A stretch of DNA of 64,000 bases from Eledone cirrhosa (Eukaryota). The notes beneath the pieces were generated by a model, which ran no database searches, had not been told where the DNA came from, and saw only the letters and a list, made by a program, of their open reading frames with translations. Below are positions 62,706-64,000 of the stretch, in pieces (position 1 is the stretch's first letter; each line of letters begins with the position of its first letter). The stretch is taken from contig OZ024740.1 of assembly GCA_964016885.1 (NCBI GenBank), forward strand, positions 407,774,001 through 407,838,000, read 5' to 3'. The translations under genes were made by a program, and so were the position numbers.

Positions 62706-64000
62706 GCGTGGACCCCCCCATTTGCTCATAATAGTGAGAGATGGAGAGAGCAGGAGAGATGGAGGCAGTGACAGTGGGAGTTTGGTTCCTTTATTTGGTG
62801 TATATGTTTCGTGGTCACAGACTCAGACTGAGGCACAGTATGTAAACATTACATGGAGAAGTTGAACAAAATGTACATTTTGTTCTACTATTGTGTATGT
62901 TGCCATAGACTAACAATCTAGTAGACCCCTCCCCTTTACCTACATAATTGTTTCTACTTTTTGGCACAAGGCCAGCAATTACCCAGTACATTACTGGTAC
63001 TTTATTTTATTGACCCCGTTAGGATGAAAGGCAAAGTTAACCTCGGCGGGATTTGAACTCAGAATGACAAGAGCCATAACTCTAAGCTGCAAAGCATAGC
63101 ATCCGACCCTCTACCGATACTGATAGTAACAACTTTTACATCCAGCCCACTGCAACTACCCTTTTTGGTAACTAAACACTGCTACCATTGCTGTCTAGTA
63201 GGTTGAGCACCCTGAACAAATGCAACAGCATACAGGAAGGGCTCTGCTCTAATCATACGGGAGGTATGTGAACCCCACAAACTGCAGAAAAACCACCCTA
63301 GAAGAATATTAATGACTTTTTCTATAGTCAATTATAGAAATGAAAATAGGGATAAAACTGTTTAATTTCCAATGCTGAATTCTAAAAAAAAAAATACTCA
63401 TGCTAATTAATATCTAATTAAAATTTAAGATCAACAAGATTCTACTGAAATAAAGGAAATTAATAAAAAAAATTTTTAATGTATCATTTAACTATTGAAT
63501 ATTTAGATATTACATAAATATTTTCAAAAATCCATTGAAAATATTTAAATAAATTTCAAAGATTATTTTCATTTACAAGGATTTGGTGTTTATGAAAGCA
63601 TATTTCTTTGTTGGCTTAATCTTGATTAAACGGACACATGGTATTTGATATAAAGTGTAACCAACTATAAAATGAAATGCTCTATGAAAATGGGAGTAAA
63701 ATAAAAATTAATCTTTCCCCATCTAGTATAGAAAATATATAACAGCTAAATTTATAATCATTATTAGCAATTATTAAATTGACTTAAGATTCTTCAAGAG
63801 TATGGGGTTGATGGACAGCTTGTTGTCTTGATGTCTCTATATGAATGCCCTCATATTTGTGTTTGGATAAATGATCCTAAATCAAAACCATTCAATGTAG
63901 GAATCAGACTGTCAAGGATATGTACTGTCACCTCTCCTGTTCATAATCTTCATGAACAGGTTTGACATGCACAGCCAGGTTGGAAGTGGTGTCATGATTG

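Overview
AT-rich eukaryotic DNA made almost entirely of transposons and microsatellites. The repeat complement ((TA)n/(TACA)n tracts, RTE LINEs with (GAT)n tails, tRNA-CORE SINEs) suggests a cephalopod (octopus-like) genome; this is an inference. No host gene is confidently seen. The window holds at least three RTE subfamilies (A, B, C), including two intact single-ORF copies (28321-31440 +, 44334-47579 -). It also holds two SINE families, several Penelope-like elements (PLE, Naiad-type), CRE-like remnants, a non-autonomous Helitron, TTAA MITEs and Tc1/mariner remnants. The most interesting signals are at RNA level. (1) About a dozen minimal type I hammerhead-like motifs sit in PLE termini and in tiny fold-back PLE footprints inside (TA)n. 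(2) A covarying tandem pseudoknot/hairpin module lies just upstream of the ATG in RTE-A, but in the 3' UTR of RTE-B/C and in the SINE body. (3) A PHD finger is inserted inside the RTE reverse transcriptase. All alignments and folds were done by eye; boundaries are approximate.
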